Shown here one piece after another: positions 62,903 through 64,000 of a stretch of DNA of 64,000 bases. The translations under genes and the position numbers were made by a program. Under the pieces are notes generated by a model. The model saw nothing but the letters and a program-made list of their open reading frames with translations, did no database searches and was not told where the DNA came from. Within the stretch, counting starts at the first letter, position 1; each line of letters starts with the position of its first letter. Origin of the DNA: Guillardia theta CCMP2712 (taxonomy: Eukaryota > Protista > Cryptophyta); contig NW_005434635.1 in assembly GCF_000315625.1 (NCBI RefSeq), positions 372,001 to 436,000 on the forward strand, in the 5' to 3' direction.

Positions 62903-64000
62903 ATGGCGGCGCCTGCTCGGGTCGTGGGCGCCTGCCTGGCATGGGCGAGCAGCCGCGGCCTGCCGTCTCAGCTGTCATGTCACAGGAGCTGTGAAGCAGC
63001 CCTCTCTTCCATGAAGAAGGAGGAGCTGCGTGCTCTCTGCTCCAGTCTTGGGCTCAATCACGATGGCAGTACTGCTCAGCTCATCTTGTCGGTGGTGGAA
63101 ACGATCGTGGCGAGGAGAGTTCCGCTTCCTCCCGAGTACCCGTCTCTCAACTATGTCTCATCCCTCTCAGCCCATAGCGTTGACGTTCTGCCCTCCTTGC
63201 GCTGCTGGAAGTGTGGGGCTTCAGTGGAGCCCTGCGTCAAGAACATCGCAGACTTCCAAGTCGGTAGCTGGCCGCCGGGAGACAGCAGGAGATGGCAGAA
63301 CTGCGAGTCAGTTGTAATCCCGTCCTTGATCTGCCATGCTGAATGCGCCCGAGAGGAACTCGAGGAGGCGGGCAGGAGGGGCGAAACCGCCCGGCCACCA
63401 TCGAATCAGCAGTCCACCAGGCGCCGCTCTTGTAGGGTAGGAGACTTTGCAACGATCGTGGGGCTCCGATGGGAGGAGAGGTGGATCGGCCTGCAGGAGA
63501 TCCTCATGCTGGAGAGAGGAGGGAGCCTTGCTGACGGCCTCATCGACGTTCCTACTGGTCCCTGCATCGAGCGCGTTGCACTTCAGCTCTTGAACTGGTT
63601 CTCAATGTCTTGTGAGTCCTGGGGGGAGAAGAGCTACCTGCCTGCGCGCGTGTACCTGACGAGGAGGACGAAGCTCTGCTGCCGTGGGGGGTCGATAGTC
63701 GGGTTCATGACCTTCACAGACTCGCCCGACAAACACTTCGTCCTCCCCAGCCTCAATGCGATCTTTGTGTTGCCCGGGGCGAGGAGGAAAGGAGCGTGCA
63801 GGGAGATGGTACAAGATTTTGTGAGAGGGGTAGAGGAGAGGGAGAGGGGAAGCAACAGAGCAAGGAGAGAGGGAGAGGGAGGGAGGGAGGGGGGGGAAGG
63901 GGAAGGGGAAGGGGAAGGGGATTGGAAAGGAGATAAAGATTCTGGAGACTCTGCCAGCAACTTGCGCAAGCTGATGGGGATCGAGGTGAGGAGAGTCTGT
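62903..64000 (+). CDS. SAP domain + GNAT-like (FAM169-like) protein; runs off the window end
   Basis: Open frame from ATG 62903 (absent from the ORF track because it has no stop): MKKEELRALCSSLGLNHDGSTAQLI (SAP); IVGFMTF..LPSLNAIFVLPGARRKGACREMVQDF (GNAT motif A); LMGIE. Confidence 0.65.
   Translation, partial: MAAPARVVGACLAWASSRGLPSQLSCHRSCEAALSSMKKEELRALCSSLGLNHDGSTAQLILSVVETIVARRVPLPPEYPSLNYVSSLSAHSVDVLPSLRCWKCGASVEPCVKNIADFQVGSWPPGDSRRWQNCESVVIPSLICHAECAREELEEAGRRGETARPPSNQQSTRRRSCRVGDFATIVGLRWEERWIGLQEILMLERGGSLADGLIDVPTGPCIERVALQLLNWFSMSCESWGEKSYLPARVYLTRRTKLCCRGGSIVGFMTFTDSPDKHFVLPSLNAIFVLPGARRKGACREMVQDFVRGVEERERGSNRARREGEGGREGGEGEGEGEGDWKGDKDSGDSASNLRKLMGIEVRRVC

Overview
Gene-dense, intron-rich eukaryotic nuclear DNA. 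Many introns are short (~40-60 nt, GT-AG), longer ones are filled with microsatellites, and there are three 100-N assembly gaps. Short introns, bipartite (signal + transit) leaders and GC-rich intergenic islands suggest a cryptophyte-like alga with a complex plastid (inference). Exons were joined by hand, so most ORF-track entries are exon fragments or low-complexity artefacts. Recognisable genes: a PEX6-like 3' end, a PGPGxY-repeat ciliary-type protein, AAMP/Sqt1, a GT61-like glycosyltransferase, cathepsin H, BRCT-PNKP, a GT11 fucosyltransferase, DDX6, a TPR/J-domain co-chaperone, XRN2, NUBP1/Nbp35, PIG-X, an HMG-box protein, NDUFA8, a sodium:solute symporter, an OSBP-related protein and a SAP+GNAT protein. 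Main observations: (1) two normally cytosolic proteins (Sqt1/AAMP, Nbp35) carry a signal peptide followed by a ubiquitin-C-terminus-like LRGG motif, which suggests periplastid-compartment import with deubiquitinase-type processing; (2) GGGTAGGG/TACCC-rich tracts sit upstream of gene starts; (3) GC-rich palindromic islands with shared motifs recur every 6-19 kb; (4) a ~1.25 kb-arm inverted duplication encodes an intronless orphan gene pair; (5) a predicted plastid-targeted protein has two winged-helix-like repeats.
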